Shown in pieces: positions 30,986 through 41,052 of a DNA stretch of 64,000 nt; within the stretch, counting starts at the first letter, position 1; each line of letters begins with the position of its first letter. This stretch comes from Plasmodiophora brassicae. Its lineage: Eukaryota. The notes under the pieces were generated by a model. That model worked only from the letters and a program-made list of their open reading frames with translations, had not been told where the DNA came from and ran no database searches. The translations under genes were made by a program, and so were the position numbers. The DNA is taken from positions 1,116,001 through 1,180,000 of the forward strand of contig CP145419.1 in the NCBI GenBank assembly GCA_036867785.1, written 5' to 3'.

Positions 30986-33838
30986 ATGTCAAGGGTCGCG
31001 CTCCTCCTATTCGCCGCCGTGTTGTCGTTGGCCGGGCGCGTCGCCTCGCAGTGCGGGACGTGCACGATCTCGGCGGACGGGCACACGGTGACGCTGGACG
31101 GCGCCCAGCACCATTACTATGGGAAGGGCTGGCGCCGCCTGTTCCACATCGAGCAGTTCGAGGCGCAGTGCCTGTACGGGGAGTGCCGCGACGGGCCCGT
31201 GCGCGAGGCGCTCACCGGGCACCTGCTGCGCCACGAGCAGCGCCGCCTGTGCGTCCTGGAGTGCCGCGTGCAATTCGCGCCCGGCGGCAAGCAGTGCCCG
31301 CAGGTCGTCGCCTGGCTGCCGCACGACGTCGCGTCGGCGTCGGCGTCCGTCCCCATCAACGTGAACGGCGTCGCCCTGGACGACGACAAGGGCCTGTCGG
31401 TGAAGGGCGATAACAAGACGGCGCGGACGCGCTGGGCGCTCCGCGTCGAGCGGGTCGCCCGCGACGCCGTCGCCGTCGACGTGCTGCTGGGCGGGGCGCT
31501 GGGCGCCGTCGCCCTGCGCCTGGGGCCGAAGAAGCAGATCACGCTGGCCGTCAAGGGCATCGAGGGCGGCAGCGGCGTCTGCGGGTCCTGCGACGGCATC
31601 GCCACGAACGACCTGGCCGGGGCCACGCGCCTCAACATCAGCGACGTCGACGGGCACAACCGGTTCGCCGGCAACCACGTTCGCGGCGCCAGCGGCTTCC
31701 GCCTGGTGAACCCGGTCCCTGCCTGCGCCGACGCCGCCGAGTCGGCGCCGATCGACGAGGACGCCGAGGTCGCCGCCCTGCGCAAGGCGGCCGACGACGA
31801 GCGCGACGCGCTGCAGTCGCTGCTGAGGCGGAACGCCATGCTGAGGGCGCTCGGGTCGCAGGAGGCGCTGGCCGGCGACCCGGACGCCGACCCGGCGCTG
31901 GCGGTGCCCGGCGTCGCCGTGTTCGCCAACCAGACCGTCCTGGACGCCGTCGCCCACGACTGCCAGGCCGGCATGGTCGTCCGCGGCGACGACGACCGCA
32001 TGAACTTTGCGATCGACTCGTGCGTGTTCGACAAGGCGATGGGGCGGGGCTACGAGGCGGTGGCCGCCGGCGACATCATCGTGTACGTCCAGGGCCTGAT
32101 GCTGGAGCAGCAGGCCGAGCTGGCCCTGCAGCTGTACAGGGAGACGGGCGCCTTCTGCGCCATGTGCCAGGCGGCCATCCAGACGTACGTCGTCGACACG
32201 CAGCCGATCGTGCACCGGCGCCTGGTCGAGCAGCGCGCCACGCCGGCGAACGCCACCACCGCCGTCGCCATGTACGTGCCGTTGTGCCCCGCGCCCTACG
32301 ACCCGCCGCCGCCGACCGACGCGCCGACCGACGCGCCCCTGCTCGGCGTCAAGCCCCTGCCGATGCCGCCGATGCCGACGCTGCCACCGCCGACGAACGC
32401 GACGAACGCGACGACGAACGCGGGCGCCAGGCGGGCGGTGAAGAGCACCGGGAGCGGCGACGGCGGCGCCAAGTCGTCGAGCGGCGGCGCCGTTGTCGTC
32501 GAGTCGGTCAGCAGCGTGCGCGGCGACGTCGAGGGCGACGGCGCGTCGGGCCTGGCGGTCACGTTCAGGGTCGGCGACGACGGCGACAGGTCGTCCAGTG
32601 ACGACCATCTGCACCTAAGAAGCGGGACGTCGTCGTCGTCATCGTCGTCGTCGTCGTCTTCATCGTCGTCGTCTTCATCGTCGTCGCCGTCGTCGTCGTC
32701 ATCGTCATCGCGTGCGACCACGATCGTGAAACCGCTGACGATGGCGCCGCAGCCAACGTACAAGCCCATCGTCCCGGGCAGGGTGCCACCAGCGAAGACG
32801 AACCTCACCACGCCGGCTCCAGCGTCGTCTCCGCCGTCCGATCATGGTCTGGACGCGGGTAGCCCGGACGCGACAACGCCCGCGTCTGTCGCGCCGTCTC
32901 CGGACGCGATGGGCGGGCGACTCCCGAACGCGACGTCGACGATCTCCGAGGACGTAGTGGAAGAGTTCCCGGTGGCGGTTGAACCCGTCGCTCGTTCGCT
33001 GCCCGGCCGCGACACCGTTGTCCCTCCGTCCCCTCGACCCGCCGCACCGCCCCAGGCCCGATCGGCGACGGTGCCCCCATCGGTGGCTGGTGTACCCGCT
33101 AGTAAGGCGGGAGCGCCTTCTGAGCCGATGGCGACCAGCAGTGGCCCGCTGGCGGGTGCGCTTCCAGAGAAGACGTCTGTGCTGCCGAGTCCACCGGGCG
33201 ATGCAGGTCCCCAGGAGGCAACGGCACCGACAGGTGCCGGCGCAGGACAACCAGTGGATGCCGCAGCAGTGCCGATCGATGCACCGGGGGCGCCTGCCGA
33301 TGCCCTTCCGAACGCTGATGCGTCTCCGCCTGTCGTCGGTGATCAACTGTCGTTGCCGTCCAACGCGGGCCCGCCGGGCGACGTGCCGACCGGCGCACCC
33401 GGCCCTATTCGTCACACCTGGTCGCCGAACGCGTTCGTGGCAACGTTGCCGCCCCGGCAGGCGTACGCTGTCACCAAGTCCAAGCTCGGGGAGTTACCAC
33501 GGCGTGTTGGGGACGATGATGGCGGCGGTGCTCCTGTACAGCCGACTGATCAGGACGGCGAACCAGGGAACCAGGAAGGTACCCCAGAGGAGGAATGCGA
33601 GCAAGGCGAAGGTTCCGACGACGACGACGACGACGACGACGACGAAGAAGAAGAAGAGGACTGTAGCGACGTCGAGCTCGATGGTGACGATGAATCATCT
33701 TCGTCGTCCTGCAGCGAATCGGATCCCGGCAAGTCGCACCACCGGGAACGCTATCGCGCCAGGCCGCCGAAACGCCATCGCCGGCAACGTCACCGTAAGA
33801 AACGAGCCACGTCCCGCTCACGAGGCGACCTAGCTTAA
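30986..33838 (+). CDS. Secreted mucin-like protein with N-terminal VWD-like domain, Pro/Ser/Thr-rich stalk, acidic tract and basic tail
   Basis: Signal MSRVALLLFAAVLSLAGRVAS; CTISADGHTVTLDG (cf. GDPHyxTFDG) and GVCGSCDGIATNDL (cf. GLCGnfDG..ND); poly-Ser, PT-rich region, D/E tract, RHRR tail. Confidence 0.75.
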   Translation: MSRVALLLFAAVLSLAGRVASQCGTCTISADGHTVTLDGAQHHYYGKGWRRLFHIEQFEAQCLYGECRDGPVREALTGHLLRHEQRRLCVLECRVQFAPGGKQCPQVVAWLPHDVASASASVPINVNGVALDDDKGLSVKGDNKTARTRWALRVERVARDAVAVDVLLGGALGAVALRLGPKKQITLAVKGIEGGSGVCGSCDGIATNDLAGATRLNISDVDGHNRFAGNHVRGASGFRLVNPVPACADAAESAPIDEDAEVAALRKAADDERDALQSLLRRNAMLRALGSQEALAGDPDADPALAVPGVAVFANQTVLDAVAHDCQAGMVVRGDDDRMNFAIDSCVFDKAMGRGYEAVAAGDIIVYVQGLMLEQQAELALQLYRETGAFCAMCQAAIQTYVVDTQPIVHRRLVEQRATPANATTAVAMYVPLCPAPYDPPPPTDAPTDAPLLGVKPLPMPPMPTLPPPTNATNATTNAGARRAVKSTGSGDGGAKSSSGGAVVVESVSSVRGDVEGDGASGLAVTFRVGDDGDRSSSDDHLHLRSGTSSSSSSSSSSSSSSSSSSSPSSSSSSSRATTIVKPLTMAPQPTYKPIVPGRVPPAKTNLTTPAPASSPPSDHGLDAGSPDATTPASVAPSPDAMGGRLPNATSTISEDVVEEFPVAVEPVARSLPGRDTVVPPSPRPAAPPQARSATVPPSVAGVPASKAGAPSEPMATSSGPLAGALPEKTSVLPSPPGDAGPQEATAPTGAGAGQPVDAAAVPIDAPGAPADALPNADASPPVVGDQLSLPSNAGPPGDVPTGAPGPIRHTWSPNAFVATLPPRQAYAVTKSKLGELPRRVGDDDGGGAPVQPTDQDGEPGNQEGTPEEECEQGEGSDDDDDDDDDEEEEEDCSDVELDGDDESSSSSCSESDPGKSHHRERYRARPPKRHRRQRHRKKRATSRSRGDLA
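32630..32710 (+). repeat. Coding (TCG/TCA/TCT)n repeat encoding poly-serine
   Basis: About 27 codons, almost all Ser. Confidence 0.9.
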
Positions 33839-34180
33839 CGTCCTCGCACATCCTGACTAATAATTATACCATCCATTCTCTGTCTTCCCCTGAACTGCGA
33901 CGGAGCCTGGAAACTATCACCCGCCGAGGTCAAACAGGGACACGACGAACCTGCGGAGCGGCGCCGCGCGTGCAGGCCAAGCAGCTGAGGTCTGAAAACA
34001 GCGCCGGTTGCGCACGTTTTTGGGCCCCCCGTTGGGCGCCGCGTCAGGAGCGCGGCGACGTCACGCGGCAACGTGGTCGCCCTCAACGGCTCCGAGCAGT
34101 CTCCGACGCGGATAAACTGCACCCTGGTCGTGAAATGACAAAAGCGGCCCACGTTCGACGCAGGCCGCGGCAGACCGCAA

Positions 34181-35669
34181 ATGTCGTCCTCGTCGTCGTT
34201 CAGGCGGGTCGTCCCGAAGGACGCGCCATCGATCGCCATGCCGACCGCCGTGCGCCTGTACACGTGGACGGGCGCGTGCCGCATCCCCGTTCCGATCGCG
34301 CTGCCGGCGCCATCGACGGTCTTCCTGCAGCGCCCCGCTGTAGCGGTGCCATGGAGTGCCGGCCGCGATCATCGCCATTATTTTAATGGCGTAGCGGAGT
34401 CGACGGCGGAATCTGCCAGTACACCCGTGCCATCGCCTCACATGCCCATCAGCGTCGTGGGATCGCAGCACGTGACGCCCAGGTCGATGGGGTCGGGGAT
34501 CGGGGAGGTCCCCGGCGCCGGGGACGCGTCCCCGCCATGGCGCATCGGCGTCGTCACGCCGCCGTCGTCGCCCGCCCACGAGCTGCTCCCGGCGACCGAC
34601 AACGACGTCCCGCACGATTTCGACGACTCGATCGCCATCTCGGACGACATGCTGCTGACGCGTTTCCGCACCGACGTCGACAACAGCGATACGGTCCAGG
34701 GCGGCTGCGTCGCCCGCATTGCCGCCCAAGTCGACGCGGTCGCGAACGCCAACAGCGGCGGGTTGGCAGCAGCGAACCCGGCGCCGGCCCCCGACCCCGC
34801 AACGGCGCCGGCGCACGTCTGCAAGTTCTGCAGGGCGGCCTTCGCCGACAAGACCTCGCTCGGGCGTCATCTCCGCGAGCATTCCGGGGAGAAGCCCTGG
34901 ATCTGCACCTGGGACGGCTGCACGAAACGGGTCAGTCCACCGTCGGTTCGGCGGCACGTGCCACCCCCTCCGTCCCCCCAAAATCGTGTTCGAATGCCGC
35001 GGTTTGGAATTGCGGAATTTTTTTCCGGGTTGCTCGTTTGCGTTTTGCTGGTTGCCGCACGGCACGGCACCTGTCGCCGTGCTGTCGCGGAGGGCCCAAA
35101 TTTGGCGCCCGCCGCGACTGGGGGCGGCGCGTTTGGCAGCGTCGCCCCCGTGTGACCGTGTCATGTGGGTTGTGGATTTTGCGGCGTTTGACGTCATTTT
35201 CGTAATTGGACGTTTCGGGTTTGGACCGCCGGAGGGGGAGGGGGGGACAGGGTCGCTCGATCCCGCTATGAAGCCGGTAGCTGACGGGTCGTCGTCCCTG
35301 GACGAAAACGTGTCACAGTTCTCGCACCAGGAGCCGCTCAAGCGACACCAGCGCACGCACACGGGCGAAAAGCCGTACACGTGTTCGGTCTGCCAGAAGG
35401 GATTCAGCCAGTCGACGCACCGCACCGTGCACATGAGGTCGCACACGGGCGAGCGCCCGTACTCCTGCCCGATCTGCTCGCGCGCGTTCGCCCACAAATC
35501 GCACGTCAAGCGGCACGCCCGCGTCCACAGACAGCGCCAGGCGGACAGCCTGCGCTGCTCGCTCTGCAACGAGGAGATCGAATCCGCCGCCCTGTTCAGC
35601 ATCCACATGCAGATGCACCAGGTCCTGTCCGAGTGCCCGCAACCGCCCGTCCCGTTGCTGCCCGTCTGA
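34181..35669 (+). CDS. C2H2 zinc-finger transcription factor (intron 34931-35318)
   Basis: CKFC...HLREHSGEKPWICTWDGCTKR/FSHQEPLKRHQRTHTGEKPYTCSVC...HTGERPYSCPIC...; a phase-0 GT-AG intron joins the fingers. Confidence 0.9.
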
Positions 35670-35892
35670 CCCGGCCGCCCCCGCCCGTCATTGTTGTCAC
35701 GTATCTCACCCACTATTCCTATTATTCCGCACATGACGGGACAAACCCTTCCCTCGTATAGACCATCGTTAATAGAGTTCACAATATAGACGCCTGTCAT
35801 CTCCGTTCGTGTCGCGACAACGCGTATGGCCTGCGAGGGAGGGCGCCCCAGGTCGTCGAATGGCATAACGCAGAGGTTCATTACGACGACGT

Positions 35893-37122
35893 TCAGACGC
35901 CCCAGACAGCGGCCAGCATCTGCAGGCAGACGGGATTCGATTCGACCCAGACGCTGTGGCAAGCACGACGACAGGTTAGCAGACGCGGTGGACGGCGCCG
36001 ATCGATCCGTACCAGAAGCGGGCGACCTGTTCGGCGGTCAGCGTGGCGCGCAACCGGTCGATGTGCTCGTGTTGGGCGGCCAGGTGCCGCCTGGCCATCT
36101 GGGACAGGTTCGCCAGGCGCGCCCGGATCGCGTTCAGCCTGGACTCCAGGTCCTGCTGGGCGACGAAGAACGCGTTCAGGTGGTCCTGCATCGGCATGGT
36201 CGCGTTCGGCTTGGGCGCCCAGAGCCGGCTGGACCCGACGGCCAGCGCCCACTCGATGAACCGGTCCTGCGACGTCGGCTGCAGGCAGGCGGCGGCCCGG
36301 CCGATGAAGAAGTCGGTCGAGTTCTGCCGGTTCCTGGACTTCTGCACGAACTGCTCCAGCGTCCTGCACAGCTCGTCGGTCGGCACCGGCGCCTGCTCCA
36401 GCAGGGACGTCATCTTGGCTTTCAGCTGCTGCTGCTCCTGCCTGCACAGGCGTATGAGTGGGCGACACGGGCGGTGCCGAAGGGCGGCGTTACGCGTGGG
36501 CGGCTTGAAGCACGTCCGGCTGGTGGACGGCCTGGAGCTCGGCGAGCCGGGCGGTCAGCCTGGCGACTTCCGCCTCCAGCCTCATGATGTACTCCTTCTT
36601 GCGCTGCCGGCTCAGGCGGGCGGCCTGCGCCTTCTTCGCCAGCCGCGAATCGTGCTCGCTCATCGACGACAGCGCAACGGGCGCCGTCTGGATTCGCCGG
36701 AGCGGGAATTGCTGCTGCTGTTCCGATTGTGACGCGGGCGGCGCTTGCTGCACGACGGACGTGTCGTCATGGGCGGCGGGCGGCATCGTGAACGACGGAG
36801 CGAACGTGCGCGGGGCGACTTCCCGCGCGAGGACGACAGGCGCCGTTGTTGGCAGGGGCGCCGCCGCCGCCGCCATGAACATGCTGGACAGGTCGGTCGG
36901 GCACGTCTGCACCCGTCGCATCGAGTTGGACAGTTCCGACGCGCCGTACGGGTCGTGGGTCGGCGCGGGGGCGACCACCCGCGGCGTCACCGCCTGCTCG
37001 TTCAGGAAGTCGTTCTGCGCCAGCAGCAGGTCGATCCGCTGCCGCCCGAACTGCTCGTCCATCTCCAGCGTCATGTCCGTCATGCGGGCGTTGTCGAACC
37101 CGCCAGCGCCTCCATGCGCCAT
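35893..37122 (-). CDS. bZIP transcription factor, multi-exon
   Basis: Basic region RLAKKAQAARLSRQRKKEYI followed by zipper LEAEVARLTARLAEL; C-terminal LTAEQVARF/CVWVESNPVCLQML. Confidence 0.85.
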
Positions 37123-37414
37123 GCCACGCGTCGTCGTCAACGACGAACGCGCGCCGCCGTCGTCTGCATCGCCACGGACTCCGCCGCCGCGTCCGGAACG
37201 TGTCGCCGCCGACCCCGACGGGCCGAGCGACCGGCACCGAACCATCAGTGGCAGGCCGACCCATCATTCGCCGGCGCGTTGTACGTACGGCGCAAGAGCG
37301 GCAGGGACCAATGTAGGGCGGGCGCCGCTCCCTCCCGCTGACGATGACGATCTGGCTAAATGTATTGCGGGTCCTGATGCGGTGCGCGATCGCACCTGGC
37401 GTTGCACCGTCACC

Positions 37415-38188
37415 TTAGTACATTGAGGATTGGTGGTTGGACGGGCGCGGCGTCCGGATCTTCTCAATGTTCTTGACGATCAGGTCGTGGAGCAGGGCGG
37501 CGTTGTTGCGCAGGTCGCTGCAGAACAGCCGCACGTTGACGTACATCTTCTCGTCGAGCTCCTTGACGGCCATCCGGTAGTCCTGCACCTCGGGGTACTT
37601 GATCATCTTCGAGGCGATCTTGGCGCGCGTCACAAAGTACCCGGCGATGCTCTCGAGGACGTTGAACACGGCGTCCTCGGCCCGGGACAGCTCCGACACG
37701 GTCTCCTCCTGCACCGACACGCCAAAGTTGTTCCCGTCCTCGATGCGCGGGATCGCCAGCTGGATCGAGATCTTCACCGTCCCGATCAGCTCGATAAAGT
37801 CGAGCAGGTGCGTCTTCAGCAGCGCTAGCGGGGCGACGACGGCGCTGTTGCACGACAGCGCCGACGTCGACCGCGGGACGCAGGCGACCTCGCCGTCCAT
37901 CCTGCGCCTCTTGGCGTTCGACCCGTTGTTGTCCGCGTCGTCCGGCTCCGGGCGGACGTCGATGCCGGCGGCGACGGCGCCGGGCGGCGCGTTGAACTCG
38001 GGCGCGTCCTTCAGCAGGCGCTGCAGGACCATGACCTTGGCGGGCAGGACGGCATGGATGATCTCGTTGGCGTCCCGGGAGAACCCGTCGATGATCTCCC
38101 GGTACTGCCGCCGGCACTCCTCCGGCGACGCGTCCGCCTGCACCGCGGCGCCGTCGTCGTTCCCCGATGGCAGGTCGCTGCTCGCCAT
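37415..38188 (-). CDS. PSME3: Proteasome activator PA28/REG subunit
   Basis: IQLAIPRIEDGNNFGVSVQEE activation loop; KYPEVQDYR; KNIEKIRTPR...SMY C-terminus. Confidence 0.92.
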   Translation of the reverse strand: MASSDLPSGNDDGAAVQADASPEECRRQYREIIDGFSRDANEIIHAVLPAKVMVLQRLLKDAPEFNAPPGAVAAGIDVRPEPDDADNNGSNAKRRRMDGEVACVPRSTSALSCNSAVVAPLALLKTHLLDFIELIGTVKISIQLAIPRIEDGNNFGVSVQEETVSELSRAEDAVFNVLESIAGYFVTRAKIASKMIKYPEVQDYRMAVKELDEKMYVNVRLFCSDLRNNAALLHDLIVKNIEKIRTPRPSNHQSSMY

Positions 38189-38426
38189 CGCCCTACTCAC
38201 GAAGCGCGCAGGGCCACGGACTGCGCGACCCCGACCCGCCCCGACGACCAACAACAATGTTCACGTCGGTTTTTTCGCGCGTCTTCAACGACGACAGTAT
38301 TATAATTTGTACTTGTGGGAACGAACACATCATCCGCGACCACCACACCGTCCTCGTCCGGCTCCGGCGGCTCCGGGTTGACTACACTCGCTCACACGGA
38401 GACGGGCCCGCCCGCGCAGAAAAACG

Positions 38427-38639
38427 TCACGGCTGCGGCGGCTTGCGCCACATGGAGTTGGAGGGGCGATGCGGCGCTGCCCCGGCGGGTCCGTCGCCGT
38501 CGTGCTGCTGCTGCTGCTGCTGTCGTCGTCGTCGCTGACCGGACGCGTCGCTGAGGAACGGCAGGTACACGTGCGCGTAGCCGATGGCGGCGCCCGTCAC
38601 CAGCACCAGCGCCAGCACGGCCGCCCGCGACGACGGCAT
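38427..38639 (-). CDS. Small single-TM protein (70 aa)
   Basis: ATG, hydrophobic AAVLALVLVTGAAIGYAHVYLPF, poly-Q, C-terminal NSMWRK. Confidence 0.55.
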   Translation of the reverse strand: MPSSRAAVLALVLVTGAAIGYAHVYLPFLSDASGQRRRRQQQQQQHDGDGPAGAAPHRPSNSMWRKPPQP

Positions 38640-38675
38640 CGCAACGCCGCCGACGGGCTAAGTTTATCGTATGTA

Positions 38676-39244
38676 TCAGATCGTCGTCGTCGGCGACCTC
38701 GGGCCCGACGACGCGCGCAGGTGGACGTTCTCGATCATCGTCGCCTGCAGTTCGTCTTTGGGGAAACGGTGTCGTCAGACACGTGGCGCACCGACGGATC
38801 CCGATAGGCGCGCACTGACCGAGGATGGTGAGGAGGATGGCCTCCAGGGCGATGTCGCGCGGGGACCGATCCGCGCCCGCGTTCGCCGCCCGCCGCGCCC
38901 GGCTGTTGCGCTCCAGGTCCGTCTTCCAGCTGTCGTGGAACTGGAGGCGCAACGAGTCGAGGCGGTCCGCCAGGATCGTCTCGATCCTGCTTGCCCCCTG
39001 GTCAGCGGGGGCGCCGTCACGTCGTCGCCGTCGCCTACCGATCGTACGACACCGCTGCTGTCGTCGTCGAGCGTCGCTCTGGACGGGGGCGCTGCCGCCG
39101 CGCGAACATCAGGTACAGGCAGGCGCCGACCGAGGTGACGCCCGTCGTCAGCAGCAGCAGCGCGCTGGGCAGCCGCAGCCAGGGCGGTCGTCGTTTCGCG
39201 CTGGGCGCCTGGACCAGGACGGACAGCGCTGCTGGCGCCGTCAT
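38676..39244 (-). CDS. Small single-TM hypothetical protein, 3 predicted exons
   Basis: MTAPAALSV...SALLLLTTGVTSVGACLYLMFA, spliced to GASRIETILADRLDSL...LEAILLTIL/DELQATMIENVHLR. GT-AG introns are visible. Confidence 0.55.
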
Positions 39245-39366
39245 GACGACGACGAGCGGGGGCGACGTCGGCGGTGTGTGAGGCGCACGAGGCCGGGCGC
39301 CAAACGCTGCGACGATAACATGGTTACGATACGCGTCTGCGCCTGGCACCCCCCGGGGGGGACCGT

Positions 39367-40646
39367 TTACTGCTGGGGGCGGCGACCGGCCGAGCACTCC
39401 TGCCTGACGGACAGGCCCTGGATGAGGTCGTCGGCGGGCGCCGCGAGGAACCCGGCTTCGTACAGCCGGTCGAGGCGGTCAAAGTCAAAGTCCAGGCGCA
39501 TGGCACGCTCCATCTCCGCCTGGTGGCCCTTGCCGTTGCCTGTGGGGGACGTCACGTCATTCCCGTTCTGCAGCAGCAGCAGCAGCAGCGTCGAACGCGC
39601 CGCCGCTTACCGTTGAAGTGCAGGACGGACGGGTACGTGCCCGTGACCCGGTTGCGCCACCGGCTGTCCAGGTTGCCCTGCGACGGTTCGTGTTCGACGA
39701 CGAGGTCGTCGACGCTCAGGTGCACGCTCTGGAAGATGCTGGCCCGGTGGTCCAGCGCGACCCGCGCCCTGCCGTGCAGGAGGACGAGCGACGCCAGCTC
39801 CTGGTCGATCGCCTTCGCGGACGCCTCCGGCAGCGCCATCATCTCCTCGAACGCCTTGACGGCCGCCCCGGCGTACCCGATCCACCCGCCCGAGTTCAGG
39901 TACCCTACAGGGCGCGCGCGCGTCAGCGACACCGTCGTCGTCGTCGTCGTCGCATCCGCCTACGGTAGGGCGTCGGCGACGCCGGGTACTCGTCCTGGCA
40001 GATGCGCTCGCCGTCGGGGCGCCCGTCCATGAACGGCCAGCAGCCCTTCTCGGCGGTGAACACGACGGGTTCGTTCATGGCCAGGAACTTGTCAACGATG
40101 TTGGCCTCGGTATCCACCTGGCGAACGCACAGCCGGCCGTGGGACGACGCGTCAGCACACGACGGGTGGACCCGCCTACGAGTAGGACGTCGTAGGCGTC
40201 GACGAACATGACGATGTCGTCCGGGTCGTGTTGCCGCAGTTCGTCGAGCGTCACCGGGATCTTCTCGAACAGGACGTCGTCGGGGGCGGCGCCCCGGAAC
40301 CCGACCACCTTCACCTTCAGCTGGAACAGGGCGCCCGTGTACAGCAGATGGCACAGGAAGTTCGCCTGTGCGCGCTCGCGCGTCAGCGTACGCCACCGCG
40401 CGCCCAACGACGTACGTTGTGCGATGCGAACGTGACGACCGTCAGCGACGGGCGCGCCGGGCCAGCCGGCGCCTGCAGTGACAAGTCGGTTGTGATCGCG
40501 CGGTACCGCAGGAGGACGGCGAGCAGGGTGCCGCACGCGACCAGGCCGCCCGCGATGACGCAGACCACGAGGCGGCGTTGCGATGCGCGCGTCAGGCGGT
40601 GCCTCTTCGCGCACGCCTGCAGCGACGTCGACGTGGCCGCCAGCAT
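39367..40646 (-). CDS. Stand-alone PLOD/lysyl-hydroxylase-type glycosyltransferase domain protein, type II membrane, multi-exon
   Basis: DDIVMFVDAYDV, VVFTAEKGCWP, YLNSGGWIG, DQE, LDHRASIFQ, PSVLHFNG; N-terminal TM. Confidence 0.85.
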
Positions 40647-40741
40647 GATGATGTGCCGTGGTTCCTTCCCCCTTCGGCAGCGCGCGCCGTTCACGTCTGG
40701 TCAGACGAACGCACCTCCTCCGCCGCCGAACAACAAAATGG

Positions 40742-40846
40742 AACAAGATGGACGGCGATTTTGCCTCAGCCTTAAAATAGCGTCGCCTTCATCGAACAAG
40801 TTGGACGGCGTTTTGCCTCACCCTAAAAATAGCGTCGCCTTCATCG
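40742..40846 (+). repeat. Tandem duplication (53 + 52 bp) upstream of the PLOD-like GT gene
   Basis: AACAAGATGGACGGCGATTTTGCCTCAGCCTTAAAATAGCGTCGCCTTCATCG followed by AACAAGTTGGACGGCGTTTTGCCTCACCCTAAAAATAGCGTCGCCTTCATCG. Confidence 0.9.
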
Positions 40847-41052
40847 CGACAGCAGCAGCAGCCTTGTGACCTGCGGTGTCGTGAAACCGGCGCCAGTGTT
40901 GCGCAAACAACGAAACGTGCAAGTGCCAGCACTGCCGGCGTTAGGTCGATCGCATTCGACGGCCACCGCGCCGCGACACGTCCCTGGAGAGCGAGCGGCG
41001 TCGTTGACGCGATACGTTATGTATAAAGAAGGAGGAGCAGACGGCCAACGAG

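Noticed and set aside
31007-35962. Antisense ORFs 31007-32614 and 34061-35962
   Set aside because: Shadows of the VWD-mucin and zinc-finger genes caused by GC3 bias.
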